Assembly (NCBI GenBank): GCA_965223545.1
Contig: OZ245006.1
Coordinates: 7,584,001-7,648,000 of the forward strand
Length of the DNA stretch: 64,000 nt
Reading direction: 5' to 3'
DNA from: Planctomycetota bacterium
GTDB lineage: Bacteria > Planctomycetota > UBA1135 > UBA2386
The notes beneath the pieces were generated by a model, which ran no database searches, had not been told where the DNA came from, and was given only the letters and a program-made list of their open reading frames with translations. The translations under genes and the position numbers were made by a program. Positions 42,283-52,387 of the stretch are shown piece by piece; the stretch's first letter is position 1; the number at the start of each line of letters is the position of its first letter.

Positions 42283-43199
42283 GCTCGAACGGCTCTCCGT
42301 TCGCCGCCTTTGCCGCCGCGCAGCAGCCGCACATCGAGGCGGCGCTGCAGTCGATGCTGCCCGCGGCCGACGCGGTCCCGGCCCAGCTGCACGAGGCGAT
42401 GCGCTACGTGATGTTCCCGGGCGGCAAGCGGCTGCGGCCCCTGCTCGCGCTGCTCGGCTGTCGGGTCACCGGCGGCGCTCTGCAGCGGGCGCTGCGGCCG
42501 GCCGCGGCGCTCGAGTGCGCGCACACGTATTCCCTGGTGCACGACGATCTGCCGTGCATGGACGACGATCCACTGCGGCGCGGCCGGCCGACCTGTCACG
42601 TCGTCTACGGCGAGGCGATGGCGGTGCTGGTCGGAGACGCTCTGCAGGCGCTTGCGCTGGAGGTGGCCGCCGAGGCCGGCGGTCCGGCCGTGCGCGCCTT
42701 TGCACGGGCGTTGGGCAGCCTCGGCATGGTCGGTGGCCAGGTGATGGACTTGGCGGCCGAGGGGGCGCCCGCGGCGAAGCAGACCGTGGACTCGGTCGCG
42801 GCGATCCACGACCGCAAGACCGGAGCGCTGATCGCCGCCAGCCTCGAAGTCGGTGCGCTCGCCGGAAGCGGCCCGGGGTGCACGCCGGAGGCCCTGGCGG
42901 CGCTGCGGCGCTACGGCGAACTCCTGGGGCGGGCGTTCCAGGTCGCGGACGACTGTCTGGACCTCACCGGCACCGCCGAGGAGATCGGCAAGCAGCCGGG
43001 TCAGGACGTCGCCGCGGGCAAGCTCACCTACCCGGCGCTGATCGGCTTGCCGGCCAGTCGCGAGCTGCTGCACGCGCTGGCGTCGGAGGCGGCGGCCCTG
43101 GCCGGCGAGATCGCGGTCGACTCGGCCGGAACAGGGGTGGACGAGCGTCGGGCGCTGCTGGAAGATACGCCGTTCTTTCTCGCTGCCCGCACCCGCTGA
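42279..43199 (+). CDS. ispA: Farnesyl/geranylgeranyl diphosphate synthase
   Basis: GGKRLRP, HTYSLVHDDLPCMDDD..RRGRPT, GQVMD, KTGALI, AFQVADDCLD, GKLTYP. Confidence 0.93.
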   Translation: MSSNGSPFAAFAAAQQPHIEAALQSMLPAADAVPAQLHEAMRYVMFPGGKRLRPLLALLGCRVTGGALQRALRPAAALECAHTYSLVHDDLPCMDDDPLRRGRPTCHVVYGEAMAVLVGDALQALALEVAAEAGGPAVRAFARALGSLGMVGGQVMDLAAEGAPAAKQTVDSVAAIHDRKTGALIAASLEVGALAGSGPGCTPEALAALRRYGELLGRAFQVADDCLDLTGTAEEIGKQPGQDVAAGKLTYPALIGLPASRELLHALASEAAALAGEIAVDSAGTGVDERRALLEDTPFFLAARTR

Positions 43200-43208
43200 G
43201 CAGAGCCT

Positions 43209-45140
43209 TTGAAGTATTCGCAAGCCCCGACCCCGCTGCTGGATAGGATCGACTCTCCGGCGGATCTCAAGCGCCTCGACCGCGCCCAGCTGCCGGCGCT
43301 CGCCGACGAGCTGCGCCAGGTCATTCTCAACACCGTCCAAGTGACGGGGGGCCACCTGGGCTCGGGGATGGGGGTGGTCGACCTGACCATCGCCCTGCAC
43401 TACCTGTTCGACTTCCGCAGCGACCGGCTGGTCTTCGACGTCGGCCACCAGTGCTACCCCCACAAGCTGCTGACCGAGCGCAAGGAGCGGTTCCACACCA
43501 TGCGCCAGCGCGGCGGGCTGTCCGGCTTCAGCAATCGGTTCGAGTCGCCGTACGACGTCTACCTGATGGGGCACGCCGGCACCGCGATGTCGGCGGCGCT
43601 CGGCATCAGCGTGGGCGACCGCATCCGCGGGGTCGACCGGCACAGCGTGGCCTTGGTCGGCGATGCGGCGATGGGCTGTGGGGTGGCGTTCGAGGCGCTC
43701 AACTTCGGCGGTTCGCTGGAGAAGGACCGCCTCTTGGTGATCCTCAACGACAACCGTTGGTCGATCGCGCAGACCGTCGGTGCGCTGTCGCGCTACCTCA
43801 ACCGGGTGCGTACCGGGCCGTTCTACAACCAGGCCAAGAAGAAGCTACACCACCTGATCCAGTCGATTCCGGTGATCGGCCGCGATCTCGACGATCGCAT
43901 CGAGAACAGCGTTCAGATGCTGCGCAGCATCGTGCATCCGGGCCACATCTTCGAGGAGCTGGGCTTCCAGTACTACGGACCGGTGGACGGGCACGACTTC
44001 GAGGCGCTGCTGCCGGTGCTCGAGGGCATCAAGGGTCGCGATGGCGTCGTGCTGCTGCACGTCAAGACGGAGAAGGGCCACGGCGTTCCCGGCTCCGAAG
44101 AGCGCTACGACCGCGCCCACGCCGCCAAGCCCAAGCCGGTCCCGGTGGAGCCGCAGGTGGTGATCCCGGCGGTCAAGGCCGGGCGCAAGGGGCGCAGCTG
44201 GACGCAGTGGTTCTCGGACGGTATCGATGAGCTGGCGGAGAAGGACGACCGCGTGGTCGCGATCACCGCGGCGATGCCGGATGGCACCGGGCTGATGGAG
44301 TTCCGCGACAAGTTCCCCGAGCGGTTCTTCGACGCGGGCATCGCGGAACAGCACGCGGTGGCGTTCGCCTCGGGCTTGGCGACGGCCGGCCTGCGGCCGG
44401 TCGCCGCGATCTACTCGACGTTCTTGCAGCGCGGCTACGACCAGGTGTTCCAGGAGGTGCTGCTGCAGGGTGTGCCGGTGTTGTTCGCCATGGACCGCGC
44501 CGGATTGGTCGGCGAGGACGGGGCTACCCACAATGGGCTCTACGACATCGCCTATTTGCGCACGATGCCCGGCATCGTGCTCATGGCGCCGAAGGACGGC
44601 CCCGAGCTGATCGAGATGATGCACTTGGGCCTGACCTTGGATTGTTCGAGCGGCATCCGTTACGCGCGCGGCACCGCGCCCGAGGCCGAGCAGCTGCCCG
44701 GGTGGGACGGCCGGCGCCAGCCGGTCGCGCTCGGCGAGATGGAGGTGTTGCGCGCCGGCGACGACGGCGCCGTGTTGGCCTACGGCCACATGGTGCAGGT
44801 GGCATTGGAGGCGGCGGCGCTGCTCGACAAGCGCGGGGTGCACATCGAGGTGGTCAACGCGCGGTTCGCCAAGCCGTTGGACGAGCAGGGCATCTTGGGG
44901 TTGGCCGAACGGCACGACCGGGTGGTCACGCTCGAGGACCACGCGGTGATGGGGGGCTTCGGCTCGGCGGTGCTCGAGCTGATCGCGCAGCGCGGTCCGG
45001 TGCGCGCGCACTTCGACATCATGGGGGTGCCCGATCGTTACCTCGAGCACCAGAGTCGGCGCGAGGTGCTGGAAGAGATCGGCCTGGATGCCGGCGCGGT
45101 CGCCGGCCGCTTCCTGTCCAATCAGGCCGCCCCGGTTTGA
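43209..45140 (+). CDS. dxs: 1-deoxy-D-xylulose-5-phosphate synthase
   Basis: GGHLGS, FDVGHQCYPHKLLT, LNDN, YYGPVDGHD, GIAEQHAV, IYSTFLQRGYDQ, DRAGLVGEDGATHNG. Confidence 0.98.
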   Translation: MKYSQAPTPLLDRIDSPADLKRLDRAQLPALADELRQVILNTVQVTGGHLGSGMGVVDLTIALHYLFDFRSDRLVFDVGHQCYPHKLLTERKERFHTMRQRGGLSGFSNRFESPYDVYLMGHAGTAMSAALGISVGDRIRGVDRHSVALVGDAAMGCGVAFEALNFGGSLEKDRLLVILNDNRWSIAQTVGALSRYLNRVRTGPFYNQAKKKLHHLIQSIPVIGRDLDDRIENSVQMLRSIVHPGHIFEELGFQYYGPVDGHDFEALLPVLEGIKGRDGVVLLHVKTEKGHGVPGSEERYDRAHAAKPKPVPVEPQVVIPAVKAGRKGRSWTQWFSDGIDELAEKDDRVVAITAAMPDGTGLMEFRDKFPERFFDAGIAEQHAVAFASGLATAGLRPVAAIYSTFLQRGYDQVFQEVLLQGVPVLFAMDRAGLVGEDGATHNGLYDIAYLRTMPGIVLMAPKDGPELIEMMHLGLTLDCSSGIRYARGTAPEAEQLPGWDGRRQPVALGEMEVLRAGDDGAVLAYGHMVQVALEAAALLDKRGVHIEVVNARFAKPLDEQGILGLAERHDRVVTLEDHAVMGGFGSAVLELIAQRGPVRAHFDIMGVPDRYLEHQSRREVLEEIGLDAGAVAGRFLSNQAAPV

Positions 45141-45173
45141 GCCGCGGGGCGGGCCAGGCGCCAAGCCTATTCG

Positions 45174-46034
45174 ATGCAGCGAGTCCTACTGGTCGGTGAC
45201 GAGCGCAAGGGCAGCACCATGGAGCTGCTCGAACCCTTCGCTACGTGGCTGCGGCAGCGGTTCGCCGAAGTGCAAGTCGTCACCGACCGCGAAGTTCCGC
45301 TATCGGACCGCGACGCGGACCTGGTCGTGGTGTTGGGCGGCGACGGCTCGATCCTCGGCGCCGCGCGGCGCATGGGCGACCACCAGATGCCGACGCTCGG
45401 GATCAACCTCGGACGACTCGGGTTTCTGACCGCGTTCGGCGACGACGAAGCGCGCCACGCCGTCGAGCTTGCCATGCGCGGTGAGCTGGTCGAGGAGCGG
45501 CGGCTGATGCTGCGCGTGAGCCTGCTGCGCGACGGCGCCGAGATCGGCGGCACGTTGTGCCTCAACGACGCGGTCCTGGCGCGCGCACCGACGGCGGGCA
45601 TGGTGACGGTGACCGTGACGCGGGACGGCGCGTCGCTGGCGACGCACACTGGCGATGGTGTGATCGTCGCGACCCCGGTCGGCTCGACCGCTTACTCGCT
45701 GGCGGCGGGCGGCCCCATCGTCGCGCCCTCGATGGATGCGCTGCTGTTGACCCCGCTGGCGTCGCACACCCTGTCGGCGCGCTCGCTGGTGGTCGAGGTC
45801 GACGGCGGCGTCGAGCTGCGATTGTTGCCCGATTCGGGCACCGACAACGGCCAGCTGGTGGTCGACGGCCAGGTCTCTTTCGACGTGGAAGCGTGCGACG
45901 CGGTGCGACTGCAGCGGGCCGAGGTCGAGTTTCGGCACCTGACCCGTGGACCGGCGAGCTTCTTCGGTGTGCTGCGCGACAAGTTCGGCTGGTCGGTGTC
46001 GCCGCGCCACCGGGTGACCGCGTCGGATGCGTGA
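45174..46034 (+). CDS. nadK: NAD(+) kinase
   Basis: LGGDGSIL, GINLGRLGFL, LND, DGVIVATPVGSTAYSLAAGGP. Confidence 0.95.
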   Translation: MQRVLLVGDERKGSTMELLEPFATWLRQRFAEVQVVTDREVPLSDRDADLVVVLGGDGSILGAARRMGDHQMPTLGINLGRLGFLTAFGDDEARHAVELAMRGELVEERRLMLRVSLLRDGAEIGGTLCLNDAVLARAPTAGMVTVTVTRDGASLATHTGDGVIVATPVGSTAYSLAAGGPIVAPSMDALLLTPLASHTLSARSLVVEVDGGVELRLLPDSGTDNGQLVVDGQVSFDVEACDAVRLQRAEVEFRHLTRGPASFFGVLRDKFGWSVSPRHRVTASDA

Positions 46035-46040
46035 CTGCCG

Positions 46041-47411
46041 TCAGCGCTCCGCCGCGGAGCGCAACAGCCCGAGCATGACTTCGCTCAGGGTGGGGTGGTA
46101 CCAGGGCATCTTCAGCAGGGTGTCGACATGGGCGCCGGCTTGCATGGCGGCGGCGACGACGTGGACCAGGTCGTCGGCGCGGGGGCCGAGGATCTGGCTG
46201 CCCAGCAGGCGGCCGCTCGCGTCGGTGACCAAGACCCACGCGCCGTGGGCGACGTCTTGGGTGATGGCGCGGCCGGTCTCGGCGAATCGCGCGTGCGATC
46301 GGCGCGGCGACAGGCCGGCGGCCTCCGCAGCGGCCGCGGTGTAGCCCACGGTCGCGTACGGGGGGTCGGTGAACACCACGGACATCGGCAGCCGGTCGTC
46401 GAGATGATGGTCGCCGGGAACCTGCGCGGCGCCATTGCCGGCGACCTCGCCTTCCCAGTTCGCGGTGTGCAGCAGCAGCTCGACGCCGCGCGCGTCGCCG
46501 GCGACGAAGATGCGGGAATTGGTGGTGCGCAGGTTGCGGTCGGCGACCACCACGCCGCGCGCGGCCTCGACCCCGGCGGCCTCGAGGCCCAGCTCGTCGA
46601 GCGCGGCCCGCCGGCCGGTGGCCAGCAGCAGGATCTCGCCGTGCACGCTGCGCGTCGCGCCGTCCGCGTCGCGCAGCTCGAGGGCGACTCCGGTGTCGTC
46701 GTGCCGCGCCCGCACCGGCGTGCAGGGAGCGTGCAGGGTGAGGTTGGGCTCGGCGCGCAGCGCGGCCTCGATCTCGTCGGCGATGAGGGGATCGCTGTCG
46801 ATCAGCACCCGACGGCGGCTCACCAGTTCGACCCGCGTCCCCGCCCGCGCGAAGAACTGGGCAAGCTCGAGACCGATCGCGCCACTGCCGATGACGACCA
46901 CGCTGGTCGGTTGCGCATGGGCCCGCATCACCGTGTCGCTGGTCCAGAACGGCACCGCGTCGACGCCGTCGATCGGCGGGATCTTCTCCACCGAGCCGGT
47001 GGCGATCACCGCGCCACGGGCGAAGCGATAGGTGGTGCCGCCGGCCTCGACCGTGTTCGGTCCGGTGAAGCGAGCGCGGGCGTCGATGACCTCGTAGCCG
47101 CCGCCCTCGATGCCGCGGATCTTGGCGTTCTTGAAGCGCTGCACCTTGGCGTCCTTGTTGGCCATGACCGCGTCGTAGTCGATCGCCAGCTGCGCGTGGC
47201 CGACGCCCGGCGTGCGGTGGTGTGCCGCTTCGTGCGCCAAGTGTGCCGCGTGCAGAATGGTCTTGGTCGGCATGCAGCCGCGCAGAATGCACAGCCCGCC
47301 GAGCTCGCCGTCGTTGAACATCGCGGTGCGCGCCCCCGCGGCCGCGGCGGTGGCGGCGGCGCGGCTGCCGGCGGTGCCACCGCCCAGCACCAGTACGTCG
47401 TAGGTCTTCAT
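46041..47411 (-). CDS. Class I pyridine nucleotide-disulfide oxidoreductase (dihydrolipoamide dehydrogenase-like)
   Basis: GGGTAG, GGLCILRGCMPTK, GSGAIGLE, AGD, YHPTLSE. Confidence 0.9.
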   Translation of the reverse strand: MKTYDVLVLGGGTAGSRAAATAAAAGARTAMFNDGELGGLCILRGCMPTKTILHAAHLAHEAAHHRTPGVGHAQLAIDYDAVMANKDAKVQRFKNAKIRGIEGGGYEVIDARARFTGPNTVEAGGTTYRFARGAVIATGSVEKIPPIDGVDAVPFWTSDTVMRAHAQPTSVVVIGSGAIGLELAQFFARAGTRVELVSRRRVLIDSDPLIADEIEAALRAEPNLTLHAPCTPVRARHDDTGVALELRDADGATRSVHGEILLLATGRRAALDELGLEAAGVEAARGVVVADRNLRTTNSRIFVAGDARGVELLLHTANWEGEVAGNGAAQVPGDHHLDDRLPMSVVFTDPPYATVGYTAAAAEAAGLSPRRSHARFAETGRAITQDVAHGAWVLVTDASGRLLGSQILGPRADDLVHVVAAAMQAGAHVDTLLKMPWYHPTLSEVMLGLLRSAAER

Positions 47412-47478
47412 GTCGGTCGGCCGACGATAGGTCCGGCCCGGCGCCGGGGCCGCGCAAAAAACGCGAGGAGGAGGCGAC

Positions 47479-48846
47479 TCAGCCGCTGCGCCACGCCCGG
47501 CAGCCGCGCACCGCCGCCGCGACCGCGGCGGCCATCACCCGGGTGCCGGCCGGGCTGGCGTGAATCGGGTCGGGAAGCAGCACCAGCTCGGGCCAGGGGC
47601 AGGCGTTCGGCGCCGCCAGGCGGAGGGCGGGTGTGCTCCGTGGTCCGGGCTGCTGTAGGTGGACGCCGTTGAGGAGCGCGGTCGGGTCGGCCATCTCCGG
47701 GAGCTGGGCGGCGAAGCCGGGGATCCAGACGCCGAATTCGGGCCGGTCCCCGCGGCCGACGTCCCAGCGACACGACCAGACGCCGTCGCCGGCGCGGTCG
47801 TCGCCGGCGGTGCCGGCGTCGTTCATCGGCAGCAGGCGCCAGCGCGGCCGTTGGTCGCTGCTGTCGAGCAGCACGAGGGCGCACGTCGGCTGCCCCGCGG
47901 GAGCTGCCGGGATGGCAATCCCGTGGGTCGGCACCGAGACGGTCAGCGGGCCGCCGTCGGGCCAGGCGCCGCCGGCGCCGATGCCGCGGTGGGCGGCGAA
48001 CGCCGAGCGGAACGCCAGCCACGGCAGGTCGCGTTCGGTAGCGATCGCCTGCACCGCGCCGCGCGCGAAGGTGTGCGGCAACGACGCGTCGATCAAGACC
48101 AGCTCGATGCCGGCGCGCGCGGCGCCGTCGGCCACCGCCGCCAGGTTGGCCCGGACCTCTGCCGCGGGCACGCGCACCGCGGTCGCCGCCGGCGGTGGCC
48201 CACTCCACAGCCAGGCGCAGAACGCGCTGTGCTCGGCGAGCCAGCCGCGGGTTCGACCCAACCAAGTCTCGCGCCGCCGGCGCTCGCTGATGCGCGTCTG
48301 CGCGTCGGTTTGGTCGCGCAGGTAGCCGTCGTTGAAGCCGAAGGCGAAGACCACGATGTGCGGTGCGAACTCGCCGTCGAGCACGCGCCGCTCGAACAAC
48401 AGCCGGCCCTGCGCAGTGCTGTAGCCGGGCACGGCGAGGTTGCGCACCTGGACCGCGCGGCCGTCGGCGGCCAACAGACCCGCCAAGTGGTGCGGCCAGG
48501 TCTCGGCGTCGTCGACGCCGAAGCCGAAGCTGACCGAGTCACCGAGCACCGCGATGCGCACGGCGTCCTCGTCGGCGGGCGCGAAGGCGCCGCCGCGGAA
48601 GCCCTCGGCGTTGGTGGTGACGCGTCCGGCCAAGTCCGGCCGCACCGTGGTGTAGTCGGTGTCCAGGAGCGGGCGCAGCCGGACCACGAGGTCGGGATCG
48701 GGCTCGTAGAACTCGCGGTTGAAGGCCGCCGTGCGCGCTTCCGCGCCGGTGGGGGTGTGGTGCAGGAGGCGGCCAACCCCTTCCAGCGCGGCGAGCAGCG
48801 CGAGGGTCAGGCCCCCGGCGCAGCCGATCTTCGCCGCCCGGCGCAT
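47479..48846 (-). CDS. SGNH/GDSL hydrolase, membrane-anchored, with inserted domain
   Basis: TTNAEGFRG, LGDSVSFG, NLAVPGYST, GFND, DPIHAS. Confidence 0.85.
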   Translation of the reverse strand: MRRAAKIGCAGGLTLALLAALEGVGRLLHHTPTGAEARTAAFNREFYEPDPDLVVRLRPLLDTDYTTVRPDLAGRVTTNAEGFRGGAFAPADEDAVRIAVLGDSVSFGFGVDDAETWPHHLAGLLAADGRAVQVRNLAVPGYSTAQGRLLFERRVLDGEFAPHIVVFAFGFNDGYLRDQTDAQTRISERRRRETWLGRTRGWLAEHSAFCAWLWSGPPPAATAVRVPAAEVRANLAAVADGAARAGIELVLIDASLPHTFARGAVQAIATERDLPWLAFRSAFAAHRGIGAGGAWPDGGPLTVSVPTHGIAIPAAPAGQPTCALVLLDSSDQRPRWRLLPMNDAGTAGDDRAGDGVWSCRWDVGRGDRPEFGVWIPGFAAQLPEMADPTALLNGVHLQQPGPRSTPALRLAAPNACPWPELVLLPDPIHASPAGTRVMAAAVAAAVRGCRAWRSG

Positions 48847-50861
48847 CAGCCAAGCTCGAACTGTCGCTTGGCGTCGACCGCGTCGCGGTTGATGCAGACC
48901 ACCGCCTCGGCGATGCGGTCGGCCAAGGCATAGTCCTCGCTGAGCGCGCCTCGCAGCTGGCGCAGCATCTGGATCGCCATGCGCATCGTGCGCACCAGAT
49001 CACCGCCGTCGTTGCCGGCACGCTTTTGGATCTCGTGCAGGTCGGCTCCCCGACTCCACGCGTCGACCAGCGGCACGATGTCGTAGCACGGCAGCTTGAT
49101 CGTGTCGCGGAAGCCGTGCATCAGCTCGACTGCGGCAAAGCGCCGGACGGCCGCGTCGATCTTCGCTGTGTGCTCGCCGAGCAGTCGCTCGCCGGCGGCT
49201 GGCCCGTCGCCACCGCGGCGTTCTTCGTGCACCAGTGCTGCCATCACCGACGACAGCTGGTGGATGTCGAGGTCGTCGAGCGCGCCGTGGAACAAGAGCT
49301 CGGTGACCTGGATCTCGTAGCCGTTGATCTGCTGCGCGATCCGACCGCGCGGCAGGAGCTCGCGCTCGCCCAGGTAGCCGGCGTCTTGCAGCACGCCGAT
49401 CCGCGCCCGCAGCGCGGCCCGTGCCTGCGCGCGCTTGCGCTCGCGCACCCGCTGGCTGCCGGTGCGCGCCTGGAACGCGGCGAACGACTTGTCGTAGGCG
49501 TCGAGCAGGCCGAACCCGAGACGCTCGTACAGATTGAGAATCGTCGAGTACGACAGGTTGAAGCGGGACACGATCGGCTCGACCTTGCCGCCGAACAGAC
49601 CGGCCAAGGGGGCGTCTTGCAGGTCGTCGTCGTCGAGGATCGAGATCACCAGGCCTTCGCGGTCGATGCCCTGGCGGCCGGCGCGGCCGGCCATCTGCAT
49701 GTAGTCGCGCGCCCGCATGTAGTCGAAGGAGACGCCGTCGAACTTGCGCAGTGAATCGAACACCACGGTGCGCGCCGGCATGTTGATGCCGAGCGCGAAG
49801 GTCTCGGTGGTGAACAGGAGCTTGAGCAGACCCGAGGTGAACAGCCGCTCGACCACTTCCTTGTGGATCGGCAGCATGCCGGCGTGGTGGTAGCCGACCC
49901 CGCGCAGCGCGCGTTCCCGAATGCCGCGCAGGCCCGCGTCGCTGTCCGGCTCGAGCTCGAACGCGGCGCAGATGTCGGCAAACAACGCTGCGCACGCCTT
50001 GCGGTCGCGGGGCGAGAGCAGGCGCCGGTGCTGGTTGCGGTCGGCCTTGACCTCGCACTCGCGGCGGCTGAAGCAGAAGAACAGCACCGGCGTCAGGCGG
50101 TCGCGCTGGAGTTCGTCGAGCACCATCGGTGCGGCGCGAAACGGCGGCGCACTGCGGCCCCGGCCGCCCCGGCCGCGCGGGTTGCGGTCGCCGCGATCGC
50201 GCCGCGAGCCGCGGTGCCGCCGAGCCGTCTGGATCGCCCGCTTGCGCTGCGCCAGGTTGAAGGGGCCGGTGGCGGCGTGGAACAGCTGATGGCGGAGTGG
50301 GACCGGGCGCTTCTCGCTGCGGATCACCACCAGATCCTGGCTGCGGATCGAGCGCAGCCAGCGGCCGAACTGCTCGAGGTTGGCGATCGTCGCCGACAGG
50401 CCGACGAAGCGGACGTGCGGCGGCGCGAAGATCAAGCTCTCCTCCCACACCGTGCCGCGCTCGGGATCGTCGAGGTAGTGGATCTCGTCGAAGATGGCGA
50501 AGTCGACGTCGTCGAAGCGCTCGGGGTCTTCGAATACCGCGTTGCGAAAGATCTCGGTGGTCATGATGACCACCGGTGCGCCCGGGTTCAGGGTGAGGTC
50601 GCCGGTCATCAAGCCGACATCGACGCCGTCCGCCTTGAAGTCGCGGAACTTCTGGTTGCTGAGCGCCTTGATCGGACTGGTGTAGATCGCGCGCCGGCGC
50701 TCGGCGAACGCCGCTTCGATCGCCAGCTCGGCGACCAGCGTCTTGCCCGCACCGGTCGGAGCCGACAACAACACGTTGTGGCCCGCGTCGATCGCGTGCG
50801 CCGCCCGGACCTGAAACGCGTTGAGCTCGAGGCCCTTGAAGTGCGTTGGCGACTGCACCAT
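48846..50861 (-). CDS. Ski2/HelY-like DEAH-box RNA helicase
   Basis: APTGAGKT, YTSPIKALSNQK, DEIH, LSAT, HHAG, TTETFALGINMPA, QMAGRAGRQG, C-terminal GDLVR. Confidence 0.92.
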   Translation of the reverse strand: MVQSPTHFKGLELNAFQVRAAHAIDAGHNVLLSAPTGAGKTLVAELAIEAAFAERRRAIYTSPIKALSNQKFRDFKADGVDVGLMTGDLTLNPGAPVVIMTTEIFRNAVFEDPERFDDVDFAIFDEIHYLDDPERGTVWEESLIFAPPHVRFVGLSATIANLEQFGRWLRSIRSQDLVVIRSEKRPVPLRHQLFHAATGPFNLAQRKRAIQTARRHRGSRRDRGDRNPRGRGGRGRSAPPFRAAPMVLDELQRDRLTPVLFFCFSRRECEVKADRNQHRRLLSPRDRKACAALFADICAAFELEPDSDAGLRGIRERALRGVGYHHAGMLPIHKEVVERLFTSGLLKLLFTTETFALGINMPARTVVFDSLRKFDGVSFDYMRARDYMQMAGRAGRQGIDREGLVISILDDDDLQDAPLAGLFGGKVEPIVSRFNLSYSTILNLYERLGFGLLDAYDKSFAAFQARTGSQRVRERKRAQARAALRARIGVLQDAGYLGERELLPRGRIAQQINGYEIQVTELLFHGALDDLDIHQLSSVMAALVHEERRGGDGPAAGERLLGEHTAKIDAAVRRFAAVELMHGFRDTIKLPCYDIVPLVDAWSRGADLHEIQKRAGNDGGDLVRTMRMAIQMLRQLRGALSEDYALADRIAEAVVCINRDAVDAKRQFELG

Positions 50862-50960
50862 CGCGGGGATCTTAGGTGCTCGCCGACAAACTTCTGCCCC
50901 GCTGTGTCGGCTGCCGTGGAAAGATGCGGTCAACTACCACAGGTTGTGTTTTGCGAATCA

Positions 50961-50988
50961 TTGCATCCCATGGGATGGGTGCTATGCT
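50961..50988 (+). promoter_or_regulatory. Candidate sigma70 promoter overlapped by a perfect 14-bp palindrome
   Basis: TTGCAT-N16-TATGCT; CATCCCATGGGATG at 50964-50977. Confidence 0.45.
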
Positions 50989-51113
50989 CCCGAACTCGCC
51001 CTCTCCCAAGGCTCGCGCAACGGTGTCGCGGGCGGGGTTGGGGCCCAGATTCGGTCGTTCACACCCCACGGGCGCGACGGTGCCCCAAACCCAACCCGAA
51101 ACGGGAGGTGGTC

Positions 51114-51377
51114 ATGAGAAGGCAGGCGGAACAGGGTTCGGATTCGTACATCCAGCGGCATCTCTCACAGCTCAAGGTGATGGCTCGCCTGATGGAGTAC
51201 GAGCTGGCCGCAGCAAAGCAGGGCCCGACCCTGACGTTCGATCGCGAGCTGGTGGAGAACTGGCTCGACCTGATCGAGATCTTCGTCGACGACCTCGACG
51301 AGGCTCCGGCGCCGCGCAAGGAGCGCGAGGTGAAGTCGACGGCCGACGGCAAGCCCACCGTCACCCGTCTCAACTGA
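51114..51377 (+). CDS. Small hypothetical protein (87 aa)
   Basis: GGAGGT RBS, host-like codon usage. Confidence 0.8.
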   Translation: MRRQAEQGSDSYIQRHLSQLKVMARLMEYELAAAKQGPTLTFDRELVENWLDLIEIFVDDLDEAPAPRKEREVKSTADGKPTVTRLN

Positions 51378-51442
51378 GCCTGAACGCCGTTGGCTGAGAG
51401 GCACCCGGTGATCCGGGTGTCGCTCTCGGCGCGGCGCCCGCG

Positions 51443-52333
51443 GTGGCCCAGCGCATGACGAAAGCCCAAGTGTGGATCCTCCGTGCTGGCGTGCTCGGTG
51501 CCTTTGCCGCCACGCTTTGGTTGGCCGGTCCGCGCGCTTGGCGCGTCGTCGGCGGTCAGCTGCAGAAGCCGGTGCACGCGTCGGCCGCGGTCGAGCTCGG
51601 CCGCGTCGGTTTTCTCCGCAAGCCGGAGTGGGCCGTGGGCGCGCTGTTCCTCTCGATGCTACGCGACCTGCAGCCGCGGCTCGAAGGCAGACTCGACCTG
51701 CTCGACAACGATGCCGCGCAGCGGCTGGCCGAGCAGCTGCGCGCCTCGCCGTGGGTTGCCGCAGTCGACCTGCAGCGCGCGTTCCCCGACAAGCTCGGAC
51801 TCGAGCTCTCGCTGCGGCGCCCGGTGCTCGAGGTGTTGGCCCCCGACGGTGGCAGTGCCGAGTCGTTGGTCGATGCCACCGGCATCTGTTTGCCCTGGGT
51901 CGCGGGCACCGGCCTGCCCGTCACCGAGCGGGTGGTCGGGACCGAGGCCGGCCGCGCCGGCGAGCCGCATCCCGACGAGGTCGTGCGGGCCGCGGCGGGA
52001 GTCGCGGCCGAGTGGGGCACCGTGATCGCCCCACAGGTCGAAGGGGCCCCCGACCTGGTGTTGGTAGATGCGCGCAACCTGCATTACCGCTACACCCGGG
52101 ACCCCTACGCCGCCGAGGTGCGCGTCGGCCTGCGCCGTGGCGATGGCGAGACCGCCTTCTTCGCCTACGGCCGGCCACCGGGTGCCGTCGCTCCGCGCGT
52201 CGACGCCGCGGTCAAGGTCACGGTGCTGCGCTCGATCCTCGCGGAGTTCCCCGGCCTCGCCGGCCTGCAGTCGGGCGAGCTGCGGCTGATCAACCGTTGG
52301 CGCACCTACCTCCAACCCCGCCCCACCAACTAA
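51443..52333 (+). CDS. FtsQ/DivIB-like membrane protein
   Basis: N-terminal TM, POTRA-like LRASPWVAAVDLQRAFPDKLGLELSLRRP, then LVDATGICL. Confidence 0.65.
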   Translation: MAQRMTKAQVWILRAGVLGAFAATLWLAGPRAWRVVGGQLQKPVHASAAVELGRVGFLRKPEWAVGALFLSMLRDLQPRLEGRLDLLDNDAAQRLAEQLRASPWVAAVDLQRAFPDKLGLELSLRRPVLEVLAPDGGSAESLVDATGICLPWVAGTGLPVTERVVGTEAGRAGEPHPDEVVRAAAGVAAEWGTVIAPQVEGAPDLVLVDARNLHYRYTRDPYAAEVRVGLRRGDGETAFFAYGRPPGAVAPRVDAAVKVTVLRSILAEFPGLAGLQSGELRLINRWRTYLQPRPTN

Positions 52334-52387
52334 TACGAGCTGCGGGCGGCGACCCCGGAATCCCGTGTTTCGTCGTGGAGTGGCGCG

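Noticed and set aside
46041..47411. Mercuric reductase MerA
   Set aside because: No C-terminal Cys-Cys pair or N-terminal metal-binding domain, and no mer genes nearby
50933..50948. NrdR-box-like ACCACAGGTTGTG
   Set aside because: Single imperfect match with no ribonucleotide reductase gene adjacent
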